In this document: positions 41,938 through 51,637 of the stretch, piece by piece
Numbering within the stretch: the stretch's first letter is position 1
How the letters are laid out: every line of letters starts with the position of its first letter
DNA from: an uncultured bacterium
GTDB taxonomy: Bacteria > Babelota > Babeliae > Babelales > JACPOV01
DNA: 64,000 bases
Assembly (NCBI GenBank): GCA_963744715.1
Contig: CAVUUR010000010.1
Coordinates: 1-64,000, forward strand
Reading direction: 5' to 3'
Notes under the pieces: model-generated
Seen by the model: the letters and a program-made list of their open reading frames with translations, nothing else
Database searches by the model: none
What the model was told of the DNA's origin: nothing
Position numbers and translations under genes: made by a program

Positions 41938-43251
41938 ATGGAATTTAATTATAATGGTACAATCCTCATTAATAAAAAACACCTTGCGCCGTTGGCAACT
42001 CGCTTAATGCCTGAGATTAACGTTATACGAGAAGCTGTTGGAACTGGATATACTTCCGAGTATAGTTCGATTAATTTACCTACTGATGAAAAAATAAGTA
42101 AACAGGTTATCGATCTCGTAGCGAAAAAAAAAGAAAAAAACATTTCAACGTTAATCGTTATAGGAATCGGTGGTTCAAATCTTGGTACGATGGCTATTCA
42201 AGAGGCATTGCAAAATTCATTGTTTAGCACTCAATCTCACACAATAAAAATTTATTATGCCGATACGGTTGATGTGGATTATATTAGTTCTTTAATACGC
42301 TATGTGGAATGCGAATTGCAACAAGGAAGAAACGTTTTATTGAACGTTGTAACTAAATCCGGTACCACCATAGAAACTATTGCCAATTTTGAATGTTTAC
42401 TTTCTGTACTGATGCACTATCATCCGCATGATTATAATGATTACGTTGTCATTACCACTGATCGTGATTCGGTATTATGGCACTATGCAGAACAACAACG
42501 ATGTGCAGTCCTTGAAGTTCCTAAAAAAGTAGGAGGTCGTTATTCAGTATTATCAGCCGTTGGTTTATTTCCTTTGGCCATGATAGGTATTGATATTATT
42601 GAATTATTACATGGTGCACACGCTAGTACGCTTTTGTGTGTACAAGATGATATTGAGCAAAATCCTGCAGCATTAAGCGCTCTTATTAAATATAGTTATT
42701 ATAAGGAAGGCATTAATATCAATGATCTTTTCTTTTTTGATCGGGCCTTGGAAGCAATGGGCAAATGGTATAGGCAATTAATGGGAGAAAGTATAGGCAA
42801 AGAATATGACCGAGCTGGTAACAAAGTTGAAGTAGGTATTACGCCGACGGTTTCAATAGGAAGTACCGACTTACATTCCGTTGGTCAATTATATTTGGGT
42901 GGGCCAAGGGATAAATATATAACGTTTGTTTCTGTGCTTGAACATAATAACGTGCTTAATGTTCCTTTGATGCCGATATTTGAAAAATTGTTTGCAACTA
43001 TTCAGAAAAAATCATTATCATCAATAATGAATGCAATTTTAGAAGGTGTTAAAAAAGTTTATATTACACATGAGCGCCCGTTTTCTTCCATTATATTACC
43101 TTCAAAATCAGCATTTTATATTGGGCAATTTTTACAAATGAGTATGATAGAGATTATGTATTTAGGATATTTGCTTGATATTAATCCTTTTGATCAACCG
43201 CAGGTAGAGTTATATAAAGAAGAAACTCGAAAGATATTAGCACATGAATGA
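41938..43251 (+). CDS. pgi: Glucose-6-phosphate isomerase
   Basis: IGIGGSNLG, TKSGTTIET, VGGRYSVLSAVG, QLMGESIGK, DLHSVGQ, NPFDQPQVE.YK. Confidence 0.95.
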   Translation: MEFNYNGTILINKKHLAPLATRLMPEINVIREAVGTGYTSEYSSINLPTDEKISKQVIDLVAKKKEKNISTLIVIGIGGSNLGTMAIQEALQNSLFSTQSHTIKIYYADTVDVDYISSLIRYVECELQQGRNVLLNVVTKSGTTIETIANFECLLSVLMHYHPHDYNDYVVITTDRDSVLWHYAEQQRCAVLEVPKKVGGRYSVLSAVGLFPLAMIGIDIIELLHGAHASTLLCVQDDIEQNPAALSALIKYSYYKEGININDLFFFDRALEAMGKWYRQLMGESIGKEYDRAGNKVEVGITPTVSIGSTDLHSVGQLYLGGPRDKYITFVSVLEHNNVLNVPLMPIFEKLFATIQKKSLSSIMNAILEGVKKVYITHERPFSSIILPSKSAFYIGQFLQMSMIEIMYLGYLLDINPFDQPQVELYKEETRKILAHE

Positions 43252-44647
43252 TTGTTCTTTTATTATTTTAGGTGGCACGGGTGATCTTGCTAAGCGAAAA
43301 TTGATACCTGCAATGTATCGCTTAATGCACGATAAAAAAATTGAAAAATTTATTTTTGTTGGGGCTGCACTTGATGATATTTCCGGTGATGAGTTTATAG
43401 AGCGTGGCTACTCTTTTATTCGTAATCCGGATCAAGTATTGTGGGATCGTTTAAAAGCAGCTTCATATTACTATAAACTTGATTTTAACCAACAACGTGA
43501 TTTTGTTGTACTTAATGACGCACTTACGGTACTTGAAAAAAAACATGGGTTATCAGGAAACCGAATATTCTATCTAGCAACACCATCATATTATTTTTGT
43601 GATATCACGCAACATCTTGGTAGTTCCGGTTTGGTTAAAAAAGCTGGTACTGATGGTATGCATAATGGTATTTGGCAACGCATAGTTTATGAAAAACCAT
43701 TCGGTCTTGATTTAACTTCGGCATTAGCAGCTAATGCATGTATTACCAGCTGGTTTAATGAAAACCAAATTTATCGCATCGACCATTATTTAACCAAAGA
43801 ATTGGTAAGTAATATTGTGTTAGTGCGATTCACTAATATTATTTTAGAACCCTTGTGGAACAAACAATATATCGATTACGTAGAAATTATCATGACCGAG
43901 ACGATAGGCCTTGAAGGACGCGGGCGTTATTATGACAGCTATGGCATACTTAAAGATGTTGTACAAAATCATGTTATGCAATTAATTGCGCTGATTGCCA
44001 TGGAATTGCCCGAGACGTTAACGGCTCATGCAATTAGAGATGAAAAAGCAAAAGTATTAAAAAAAATTAGTGTAGTTGACGGACTTCTTGGTCAGTATGA
44101 TGGATATAAACAAGAACAAAATGTTGCTACGGATTCAACAACACCCACGTTTGCGTGTTTACGTCTTTTTGTTGATACGCCACGGTGGCAAGGAGTTCCT
44201 TTTTATGTAAAAGCGGGCAAACGATTAAGTAAAAAAGATACATCAATTCATATTAAATTTAAAAACGTTGATTGTACTATTAAAGAAAGTTGTGTATATG
44301 AATCAGACTATCTTTCCATTCAAATTGAACCGGATGCGAGTTTTTCTTTGCAATTAAATACTAAACAACCTGGTGCAATGTACGAAGTTGTTCCGGTCTC
44401 ACTAACTTTTAGTCATAATTATGTTTTTCGTAGTTTAACACCCGAGGCGTATGAAGTATTATTAGAGCGGATTATGCTTGGTGATCAATATGTTTCAGTT
44501 CGGTTTGATGAAATTGAATATGCTTGGATAGTAATAGATACTATTCAAAAGCTCAATCTTCCCCTCTATTTTTATAAGCAACTTAGTGTTGGACCTGAAG
44601 AAATTAAAGCTTTTGATAAAAAATATAAGGTACGGTGGCGGGCATGA
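43244..44647 (+). CDS. zwf: Glucose-6-phosphate 1-dehydrogenase
   Basis: GGTGDLAKRKL, EKPFG, RIDHYLTK, DVVQNH, RWQGVPF. Confidence 0.95.
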   Translation: MNDCSFIILGGTGDLAKRKLIPAMYRLMHDKKIEKFIFVGAALDDISGDEFIERGYSFIRNPDQVLWDRLKAASYYYKLDFNQQRDFVVLNDALTVLEKKHGLSGNRIFYLATPSYYFCDITQHLGSSGLVKKAGTDGMHNGIWQRIVYEKPFGLDLTSALAANACITSWFNENQIYRIDHYLTKELVSNIVLVRFTNIILEPLWNKQYIDYVEIIMTETIGLEGRGRYYDSYGILKDVVQNHVMQLIALIAMELPETLTAHAIRDEKAKVLKKISVVDGLLGQYDGYKQEQNVATDSTTPTFACLRLFVDTPRWQGVPFYVKAGKRLSKKDTSIHIKFKNVDCTIKESCVYESDYLSIQIEPDASFSLQLNTKQPGAMYEVVPVSLTFSHNYVFRSLTPEAYEVLLERIMLGDQYVSVRFDEIEYAWIVIDTIQKLNLPLYFYKQLSVGPEEIKAFDKKYKVRWRA

Positions 44648-45543
44648 AAATAGGCATTATTGGTCTGGGCAAAATGGGAAGCGCAATAGCATATCGCTTA
44701 TTGCAAGCAGGACATGAAGTAATTGGTTTTAATCAAGATCGGCAAGCAGCAGATATTGTTAAAAAAATGGGTGCTGAAATTGTTACATCGGTGCAAGAAG
44801 TTGCACAAAAAGCGCGGATTATTTGGCTTATGATTCCTGCGGGAGATCCGGTGGATGAAGTTCTTGAGCAATTACAGGGGAACTTACAACGCGATGACAT
44901 TATTATTGATGGAGGAAACAGCAAATTTACCGATTCGATACGGCGTGCAAATTATCTTAAAGGGTTCAACATTAATTTTCTTGATTGCGGAACCTCTGGT
45001 GGCTTACAGGGCAAAGAGATCGGTTTTTGCTTAATGGTTGGGGGCCAAAAAGGCGCTTATCTCACTATCGAACCATTATTGAAGGCAATTGCAGCACCGC
45101 GAGGATATGGGCATGTAGGGGTTTCAGGAGCAGGACACTACGTTAAAATGATACACAATGGTATTGAATACGCATTGTTGCAGAGTTATGCCGAAGGATT
45201 TCATTTATTAAAAGAAGGTCGTTATAAAGAATTAGATCTTGCTCACATTGCTGATATTTGGAACCATGGTTCGGTAATACGTTCATGGATTTTAGAGCTT
45301 TCGTATACGATATTTAAGCATAATACAACCTTCAAAAATATTTCCGGAGAAATTGCTGAAAGTGGTACTGGAGCATGGACGGTGCAGGAAGCAAAAGAAC
45401 AAAATATTCCAGTACCGTTGATTGAACATGCATTAGCTATCCGAGCATGGTCACGTGCTACGGGTGGTAATTATGCAACGAAAGTTGTTGCAATGTTACG
45501 CAATGCTTTCGGCGGACATGCGGTTACCAAGAAAAATACATAA
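44644..45543 (+). CDS. gnd: 6-phosphogluconate dehydrogenase, decarboxylating (short GndA/YqeC type)
   Basis: GLGKMG, IIIDGGNS, DCGTSGG, GAGHYVKMIHNGIEY, RNAFGGH; ATG at 44644 overlaps zwf stop. Confidence 0.93.
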   Translation: MKIGIIGLGKMGSAIAYRLLQAGHEVIGFNQDRQAADIVKKMGAEIVTSVQEVAQKARIIWLMIPAGDPVDEVLEQLQGNLQRDDIIIDGGNSKFTDSIRRANYLKGFNINFLDCGTSGGLQGKEIGFCLMVGGQKGAYLTIEPLLKAIAAPRGYGHVGVSGAGHYVKMIHNGIEYALLQSYAEGFHLLKEGRYKELDLAHIADIWNHGSVIRSWILELSYTIFKHNTTFKNISGEIAESGTGAWTVQEAKEQNIPVPLIEHALAIRAWSRATGGNYATKVVAMLRNAFGGHAVTKKNT

Positions 45544-45590
45544 ATAACTATCTAGCAACAATTACAAAAAAATTTATCCCAGATAAATGT

Positions 45591-45621
45591 TCTTTCAATA
45601 TACAATACTTTATTGTAAACT
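45591..45621 (+). promoter_or_regulatory. Array promoter/operator motif copy 7 (opposite orientation)
   Basis: TCTTTCAATA-TACAA-TACTTTA-TTGTA-AACT; palindrome 45601-45617; TAAACT -10. Confidence 0.7.
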
Positions 45622-45663
45622 TTTACGCGTTTAACGATAATTTTTTACAGAAAGAGCATTGTT

Positions 45664-46140
45664 ATGAAAGTATGTATAAAAAAATATAGTTTTATGTGTT
45701 TGCTATTTCCTCTGAGAGTACTGAGTATGGAGCAGCAGGATTTAGATTCGTATATGAAAAGGCTGATCACAGAATTTAATAACTTTAAGAATACCGATGT
45801 TTATAAGCAAAAGTTACCATCGGATCAAAGACAAGGTATGGGTTGTGGCAATGAAGGCTATTCAGCCGATAATAATAATGTACGCAGTACTGGTAAACGT
45901 GGGTCTGAATTTTTTATTGAACATACTGGGGATAAATCAGCTCAAAAAGGTATTTACGAACGATTGGATGAAGAGGGGAATACCATAATGCACATAGCAG
46001 CAATGCGTGGGCAAGAATCATTTTTAGGAAATCTTTGGCGAAACGGTGTTTCTATGGATATAAAAAATAGTAGTGGACAAACTCCTAATCAGTTATTGGA
46101 GATATTCAAGAAACAAAAAAATATCGTCGATTGCGAATAA
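45664..46140 (+). CDS. Secreted ankyrin family protein (member 9, outlier, module B)
   Basis: MKVCIKKYSFMCLLFPLRVLS-MEQ; GNTIMHIAA...GQTPNQL. Confidence 0.85.
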   Translation: MKVCIKKYSFMCLLFPLRVLSMEQQDLDSYMKRLITEFNNFKNTDVYKQKLPSDQRQGMGCGNEGYSADNNNVRSTGKRGSEFFIEHTGDKSAQKGIYERLDEEGNTIMHIAAMRGQESFLGNLWRNGVSMDIKNSSGQTPNQLLEIFKKQKNIVDCE

Positions 46141-46148
46141 TACGTTTT

Positions 46149-46568
46149 TTATTTATAGTGGTTGCGGTCCTTATGTTTTTTAGAATTGCTAGAAAATAAA
46201 TCGGGATTGTTAGTAATATAATTTTGCAGTAAAGAACATAGTTCTTCGGGAGCCTTGAATCCGTTAGCAATAGTGAACATGTTGCGAATAGTTTCTGGAT
46301 TTTTTTCTGCTAGTAGTTGGTGCTTGTTATTAACCTGTAGCGTCTGCATTATATCGGTGAATTTAAAATTGATTTTTATATGATTTTGATCTTTTGGAAA
46401 GGCTTTGAAAACGCTTAAAGTACCTTGGTGAACATACATAGTAAGATCAGTACATTCTAACTTTATCATGATAAGTTCGCAATCCATTGCCCATGAAAAA
46501 TTGATCTGGGCCGCTAAAGAAAAAAAGAAAAACAGCAAACAATTCTTGATCATAGGTATTTCTTTCAT
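46149..46568 (-). CDS. Secreted protein, possible BTB/Skp1-like fold
   Basis: Signal peptide FSWA-MDC; IKLECTDLTMYVHQGTL...F and MFTIANGFKAPEELCSLL resemble BTB landmarks. Confidence 0.5.
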   Translation of the reverse strand: MKEIPMIKNCLLFFFFSLAAQINFSWAMDCELIMIKLECTDLTMYVHQGTLSVFKAFPKDQNHIKINFKFTDIMQTLQVNNKHQLLAEKNPETIRNMFTIANGFKAPEELCSLLQNYITNNPDLFSSNSKKHKDRNHYK

Positions 46569-46592
46569 TAAAAACGGTGTAAAAATGAGTAT

Positions 46593-47483
46593 CTAAACAA
46601 TATTTTGTACTTGCTCTCGTGCTTTTTCTAATTCAACTTTAATATTAATAGCATGTTCACTTATTATTGCATCAGAACATTTAGCAGCAATAGTGTTAAC
46701 TTCTCGAGCAAGTTCTTGTAAGGTGAAATCCAGGCGTCTCCCTTTTTCTACATCGGCAGCATTAAGATGAGTGAGAAATGTTTTTAAGTGACTATTAAAT
46801 CGAATAATTTCTTCATGAATATCAATTTTATCCAGTTCAAAATATAAGGTGTTACGCTGCGATTCACGTATTTCTGGACTTTGATTATCAAGGTGCGAAA
46901 GTCGTTCTAAAATTTTTGCTTTTTTTTCTGCCATGCATCGTTGTGCTTCGCGTTCGATAATACTCATTTCATGGCTAATGGTTGAACAGCGTTGCTCCAA
47001 ATCTTTTTTTAAAGCAATACCTTCAGTTTTTCTTGATTTGTTAAGATCTTCTAATAGTTCATCAATAGTTGTAAGAATGATTTTTTTATCGTGATCATCA
47101 ATCGTGTGCTCTTCCATGCTAAAAATTGCCGGTAGCGCAATCATATCTGAGATAGTGATAGTGCCCGGTACTGCACACTGTTGTTGAATATCAGCAACAG
47201 CGGTAAGATAACTGTTTGCAATAGTAATTTCCGCTTGCACGGAACCTTTAAATAAACTCTGATTGCTGATATGAATGCTAAAAACAATGTAACCACGATG
47301 CAATTTTTCCTTAAAACGCTTAATGCATTCAGTTTCAATATGGCTCAACACGCTCGGCAATTTGCACGTTGTTTCCAAAAAGCGTGAGTTAAGTGATTTT
47401 ATGCTTAAGGTAAGATGTGCGGTAACGTTATTTTTTGTAATACTTATTGTTTTGAGTGCAAAGCCGGTCATGCTGACAACCAT
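46593..47483 (-). CDS. yicC: YicC/YloC family endoribonuclease
   Basis: SMTGF, IKSLNSRFLE, DIHEEIIRF, GRRLDFTLQE.AREVNT, EKAREQVQNI. Confidence 0.93.
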   Translation of the reverse strand: MVVSMTGFALKTISITKNNVTAHLTLSIKSLNSRFLETTCKLPSVLSHIETECIKRFKEKLHRGYIVFSIHISNQSLFKGSVQAEITIANSYLTAVADIQQQCAVPGTITISDMIALPAIFSMEEHTIDDHDKKIILTTIDELLEDLNKSRKTEGIALKKDLEQRCSTISHEMSIIEREAQRCMAEKKAKILERLSHLDNQSPEIRESQRNTLYFELDKIDIHEEIIRFNSHLKTFLTHLNAADVEKGRRLDFTLQELAREVNTIAAKCSDAIISEHAINIKVELEKAREQVQNIV

Positions 47484-47492
47484 TGATTATTC

Positions 47493-48212
47493 CTAACTTG
47501 TTACGTTGGTATAGACATGTTGAACATCATCATGTTCTTCAAGTTCTTGCAAAAATTCATAAGCCTTTTCTGCTTGTTCCTTATCAAGTGCTACCGTGTT
47601 ATTAGCGACCCACTCTACTTCAGCACTTTCGACGGTTAAACCAATTTTAATGATAGCCTGTTTTACTGCTTCCAATGATTTAGAATCACAGGTAATAACA
47701 AACATATCCTCATCGCGTGTTATATCGTTGATGTTATAATCGAGTAATGCTTCAAGGAGTGAATCTTCAGTTATATTTTTTCCATGAGCACGAACGACAC
47801 CCATTTTGGTAAACATCCAGTTAACAGATCCTGTCTCGCCTAGCGAACCATCTTTATTGACAAAGAGCCTTCTTAGCTCGGCTACCGTTCTGTTTTTATT
47901 ATCGGTTAAGGCTTCAACTATAATTGCTATGCCATAAGGGCCATACCCTTCATACATTTGTGATTCATAGTGCATGCCAGGGAGTTCACCAGTTCCACGT
48001 TTTATAGCACGTATTACGTTATCAGTTGGCATATTAATCTCTTTGGCTTTATCCATTAATAAACGAAGGCGAGCATTTCCGGTTGGATCACCACCGCCGG
48101 CACGGGCGGCAACAGAAATTTCTTTAGTTAATTGGGAAAATGCTTTACCCCGTTTTGCATCAATACTTGCTTTTTTGCGTTTAATAGTAGCCCATTTAGA
48201 ATGTCCTGACAT
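47493..48212 (-). CDS. yebC: YebC/PmpR family protein
   Basis: MSGHSKWATIKRKK, YEGYGPYG, TDNKNRT, DDVQHVYTN. Confidence 0.95.
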   Translation of the reverse strand: MSGHSKWATIKRKKASIDAKRGKAFSQLTKEISVAARAGGGDPTGNARLRLLMDKAKEINMPTDNVIRAIKRGTGELPGMHYESQMYEGYGPYGIAIIVEALTDNKNRTVAELRRLFVNKDGSLGETGSVNWMFTKMGVVRAHGKNITEDSLLEALLDYNINDITRDEDMFVITCDSKSLEAVKQAIIKIGLTVESAEVEWVANNTVALDKEQAEKAYEFLQELEEHDDVQHVYTNVTS

Positions 48213-48225
48213 GGATTCTCCGTTG

Positions 48226-49242
48226 CTATAAAAAAAGATTCTTTTGTCCTAAAAATTTACTTTTTAAATAGGATAGCGCTTTAGGTGGAATCTGTCGACC
48301 CCGGGGGGTTATCTCAAGAAGTCCTTTACGCATCAAAAAAGGCTCGATGACCGATTCGATAGTTTCTTTATCTTCACCTATTAATGAGGCCAACGTTGCG
48401 AGTGCTGCGGGTCCTCCATCAAAGTGCTGAACAATTTTACGTAGCAATAAATTATCAACGGTATTTAATCCATCGCTATCAATTCCTAAAAAAACAAGTG
48501 CTTCTTTAACAAGCTCCTGGGTTGGTTGCTTATTACTTACTTGAGCAAAATCGCGCACACGTCGAAGAATTTTTTTTGCAATGCGAGGCGTGCCACGAGA
48601 GCATTGAGCAATCGATAATGCCGACGATGCATCTATGGGGAATTTAAGAAATTGTGAATTTTGTATAATAATATCTCGCAACTCTTCATCAGTATAAAAA
48701 TCAATACGCTCTATAATGCCAAATCGGCTGCGTAACGGTGCTGATATCATACCACTTTTTGTTGTTGCACCGATTAAGGTAAATGAATTTAATGGTAGTG
48801 TAATGGTTTTTGCGCCAGCGCCTTGTCCAATAACAACATCGACACTAAATTGTTCCATGGCATTATAAAGAATTTCTTCAACATTGGCCGGCATTCGGTG
48901 AATTTCATCAATAAATAAAATATCTTTATGTTCAAGGCTTGATAAAATGGCAACAACATCACCGGTTCGCTCAAACATTGGGCCGCTACCAACTTTAATG
49001 CCAACATCCATAACTTGAGCCATAATTTGAGCCAAGGTTGTTTTACCCAATCCTGGAGGTCCAAATAAAAGCAGATGATCCAGTGGTTCGCCACGCATTT
49101 TTGCAGCGGTTGTATAAATGGATAATTTTTTTTTTAGTTCTTCCTGTCCCAAATAATCAGAGAATTGTTTTGGTATAAAATCAAGGCTACGCTCTTCAGG
49201 AGTTTCTTGTTTTAATAACTCAAGTGGTGTTATAGTATTCAC
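48226..49242 (-). CDS. ruvB: Holliday junction branch migration helicase RuvB
   Basis: GPPGLGKTTLA, LFIDEIHR, GATT, PLRSRFG, RGTPRIA, EPFL, TPRGR. Confidence 0.95.
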   Translation of the reverse strand: MNTITPLELLKQETPEERSLDFIPKQFSDYLGQEELKKKLSIYTTAAKMRGEPLDHLLLFGPPGLGKTTLAQIMAQVMDVGIKVGSGPMFERTGDVVAILSSLEHKDILFIDEIHRMPANVEEILYNAMEQFSVDVVIGQGAGAKTITLPLNSFTLIGATTKSGMISAPLRSRFGIIERIDFYTDEELRDIIIQNSQFLKFPIDASSALSIAQCSRGTPRIAKKILRRVRDFAQVSNKQPTQELVKEALVFLGIDSDGLNTVDNLLLRKIVQHFDGGPAALATLASLIGEDKETIESVIEPFLMRKGLLEITPRGRQIPPKALSYLKSKFLGQKNLFL

Positions 49243-49309
49243 GATTTACCTTACTGATTGACTACAATGTTGCTTAAAGCCTAATGCATTTTTTTTTATT
49301 TGTCTTTAC

Positions 49310-50419
49310 TTAATCACCAACATACGATTGTCTAATAATGATACCATTGATCCAACCAAAACTTGCAAAAGTAATCCAGAGGTTGCTGATACCGTAACTA
49401 ATAAGTGGTAGAGGAATACCAACAATAGGAAGCAAACCAGTAACCATTCCCATATTAATAATACAGGCAAGAACACTGTGGATAACGAGCCCAATGGCTA
49501 ACAATTGTGCGTGGAAATTTTTTATAATTCCTATGGAATAAAAAAGGCGCAAAAATAAAAAGGCATACAGCATAATGATAAGAATGCTACCAAAAAATCC
49601 CCATTCTTCTCCAATAACTGCAAAAATACTATCCGTTCTACTTTCAGGTAAGAACATTAATTTATTCTGTGTACCTTGTAAAAAACCTTTACCGAATAAT
49701 CCACCGGAACCTATGGCAATTTTAGATTGTTCCAGTTGATAACGCTCTTTTTTTACATTTCCTCCCCCAAAAAACACAGAAATTCGTTGTTTTTGATACG
49801 GTTTAAGTAAATGTTGCGTAAAAGGGGCAGAAATGCTCACCATGAGTATAGTTAAAATAAAAAATTTCGTAGTAAGACCTGTTATCCAGAGTAAAATAGC
49901 GCCAGAAATAATAAGAAGAAGGCCTGTTCCTAAATCTGGTTGTTTAACAATAAGAAATCCGCTAAAAAGAAGTATAGCAATAATAGGGACAAAATCTTTG
50001 AACATATAAATGGGAGTATCATTTTCAGTGTAAAGATGGTAGGTAATAAATGCAGGGAAAAATAATTTTGCTACTTCAGAAGGCTGAAATTTAAAGAGTA
50101 ATACATCAATCCAACGCTGCCCTCCCATGCCAATATGGCCCTTAAGCAAGGTGAATATTAAAAATCCTATAACACTGAGGTATAAGAAATATCCCCAACG
50201 GAGTAATATGCGATAATCTGCGATACAAAAAATAGTGTAAAGCACTACTCCGGAACAAACACCGAACAGTTGTTTTTTGAAAAAAAGAGAATAAGGGCAT
50301 TCTTGACGATACGTTGCACTAAAAACAAAAAGAAGACCAATGCTAGCTAATATAATAATTAAACAGAAACTGAGTGTGTCGAAATATCTAAAATAACGCT
50401 GATCAATATTTTTTAACAT
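49310..50419 (-). CDS. rodA: SEDS family rod shape-determining protein RodA
   Basis: GGQRWI, QPSEVAK, QPDLGT, YQLEQSKIAIGSGG, LPESRTD, EEWGF, GIPLPLISYG. Confidence 0.88.
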   Translation of the reverse strand: MLKNIDQRYFRYFDTLSFCLIIILASIGLLFVFSATYRQECPYSLFFKKQLFGVCSGVVLYTIFCIADYRILLRWGYFLYLSVIGFLIFTLLKGHIGMGGQRWIDVLLFKFQPSEVAKLFFPAFITYHLYTENDTPIYMFKDFVPIIAILLFSGFLIVKQPDLGTGLLLIISGAILLWITGLTTKFFILTILMVSISAPFTQHLLKPYQKQRISVFFGGGNVKKERYQLEQSKIAIGSGGLFGKGFLQGTQNKLMFLPESRTDSIFAVIGEEWGFFGSILIIMLYAFLFLRLFYSIGIIKNFHAQLLAIGLVIHSVLACIINMGMVTGLLPIVGIPLPLISYGISNLWITFASFGWINGIIIRQSYVGD

Positions 50420-50576
50420 ACTACGATACTTACTGTTATGATTAATAAAAAATCATGAATAAAAATAGTATAGCAGTATTGTTTAAAGAACTGTAAGCTT
50501 CAGCTCTAGCGGAATATAATAAGAAAGATTTTTAATTAATGGAATCAATTAAGGTTAAGGTATTGAATAAAAAATA

Positions 50577-51458
50577 TTATGCTGTGCAAACATTTGGTTC
50601 TAATAATGCAGACAAGGCATTTTTTGTTTTTGAGATAACAGGTTTTTTTATTATTTGCGGGAATGGACGTTCCATAGTAGAAACTTCTTGATTTCCCGGA
50701 TTAAATATTGGGTGATGATACAGTGGAGGGAAGTTAGGTGTGGAATTTTTCCCTTTGAGTAGCAGTTCAGTTTTATATTCATTGCTATGCATTATCAACG
50801 ATTTGAGCAATTGCAACTGTTCAACAAGCAGCTGTAATTGATATTCTTGCACATTTAACTGATCAAGAGTGGTGCGTAAATCTTCGGTAATTTGATGTGA
50901 AATGTTAGCGGTGGTAGAATACAATAATTGTTTTTCACGATCAGCTAAAATTTTTATCCAGCAACGCAATGTTTTATCATCTTTTTCTATGGTGCTAATA
51001 TAAGCAGTAAGAGGAAATGAATGATCAAATTTTTGCTTGATTTGATAGGCCAACACTGCATTCATAGTAACATAATTTTTTTTATCAGAGAGTTCCTTAT
51101 CTTTATTGACGGGATTATGTTGTTTTTGATTGAGATCAAAATAAGGAATGAGCTCTAATTCTGGCTTAAAATAATTGAGAATTTTTTCGTATTCACCCTG
51201 AGCATCTTGCAATAATTGATAGGAGGTTTTTTTATTGATGGTATACTTTTGATAAAAATCATAACCTATTGTTCCAAGTGCGACAATAAAAGGAATTGCG
51301 ACGATACTGGCGCCAAGAGCCGATAATATTGTTGCATCGTCATAGTTTTCATTTAAATTAAGAGAAAATGAGCCACTCTCGTTACCGATCGCATTATTTA
51401 ATTGGACGAAAGGTAGAGAGAGCAAAATTGTAGCTGCGCTTATTTTTATAATATTCAT
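50577..51458 (-). CDS. Hypothetical exported/membrane protein
   Basis: Signal peptide, one TM, coiled coil. Confidence 0.7.
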   Translation of the reverse strand: MNIIKISAATILLSLPFVQLNNAIGNESGSFSLNLNENYDDATILSALGASIVAIPFIVALGTIGYDFYQKYTINKKTSYQLLQDAQGEYEKILNYFKPELELIPYFDLNQKQHNPVNKDKELSDKKNYVTMNAVLAYQIKQKFDHSFPLTAYISTIEKDDKTLRCWIKILADREKQLLYSTTANISHQITEDLRTTLDQLNVQEYQLQLLVEQLQLLKSLIMHSNEYKTELLLKGKNSTPNFPPLYHHPIFNPGNQEVSTMERPFPQIIKKPVISKTKNALSALLEPNVCTA

Positions 51459-51637
51459 TTTTAATCACTATTTGGTAATAGGTACGAGTTATCTAGATTG
51501 TCAATAAATAATTTCATTATAATAATCATAATGCTATTTACACTTAATGTAAAGCTTTTCTTTATTGCTTTTAAATTATTTTTTTTAATTTCTAATTAGA
51601 TTTTTTATATTGGTTTCTAAAAAGAACTCCAGCATTT

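Noticed and set aside
31639..45621. Repeated ~30-bp motif as CRISPR repeats or integron attC sites
   Set aside because: Copies are kilobases apart, degenerate and sit upstream of paralogous genes; no cas or integrase gene and no attC R/L box structure
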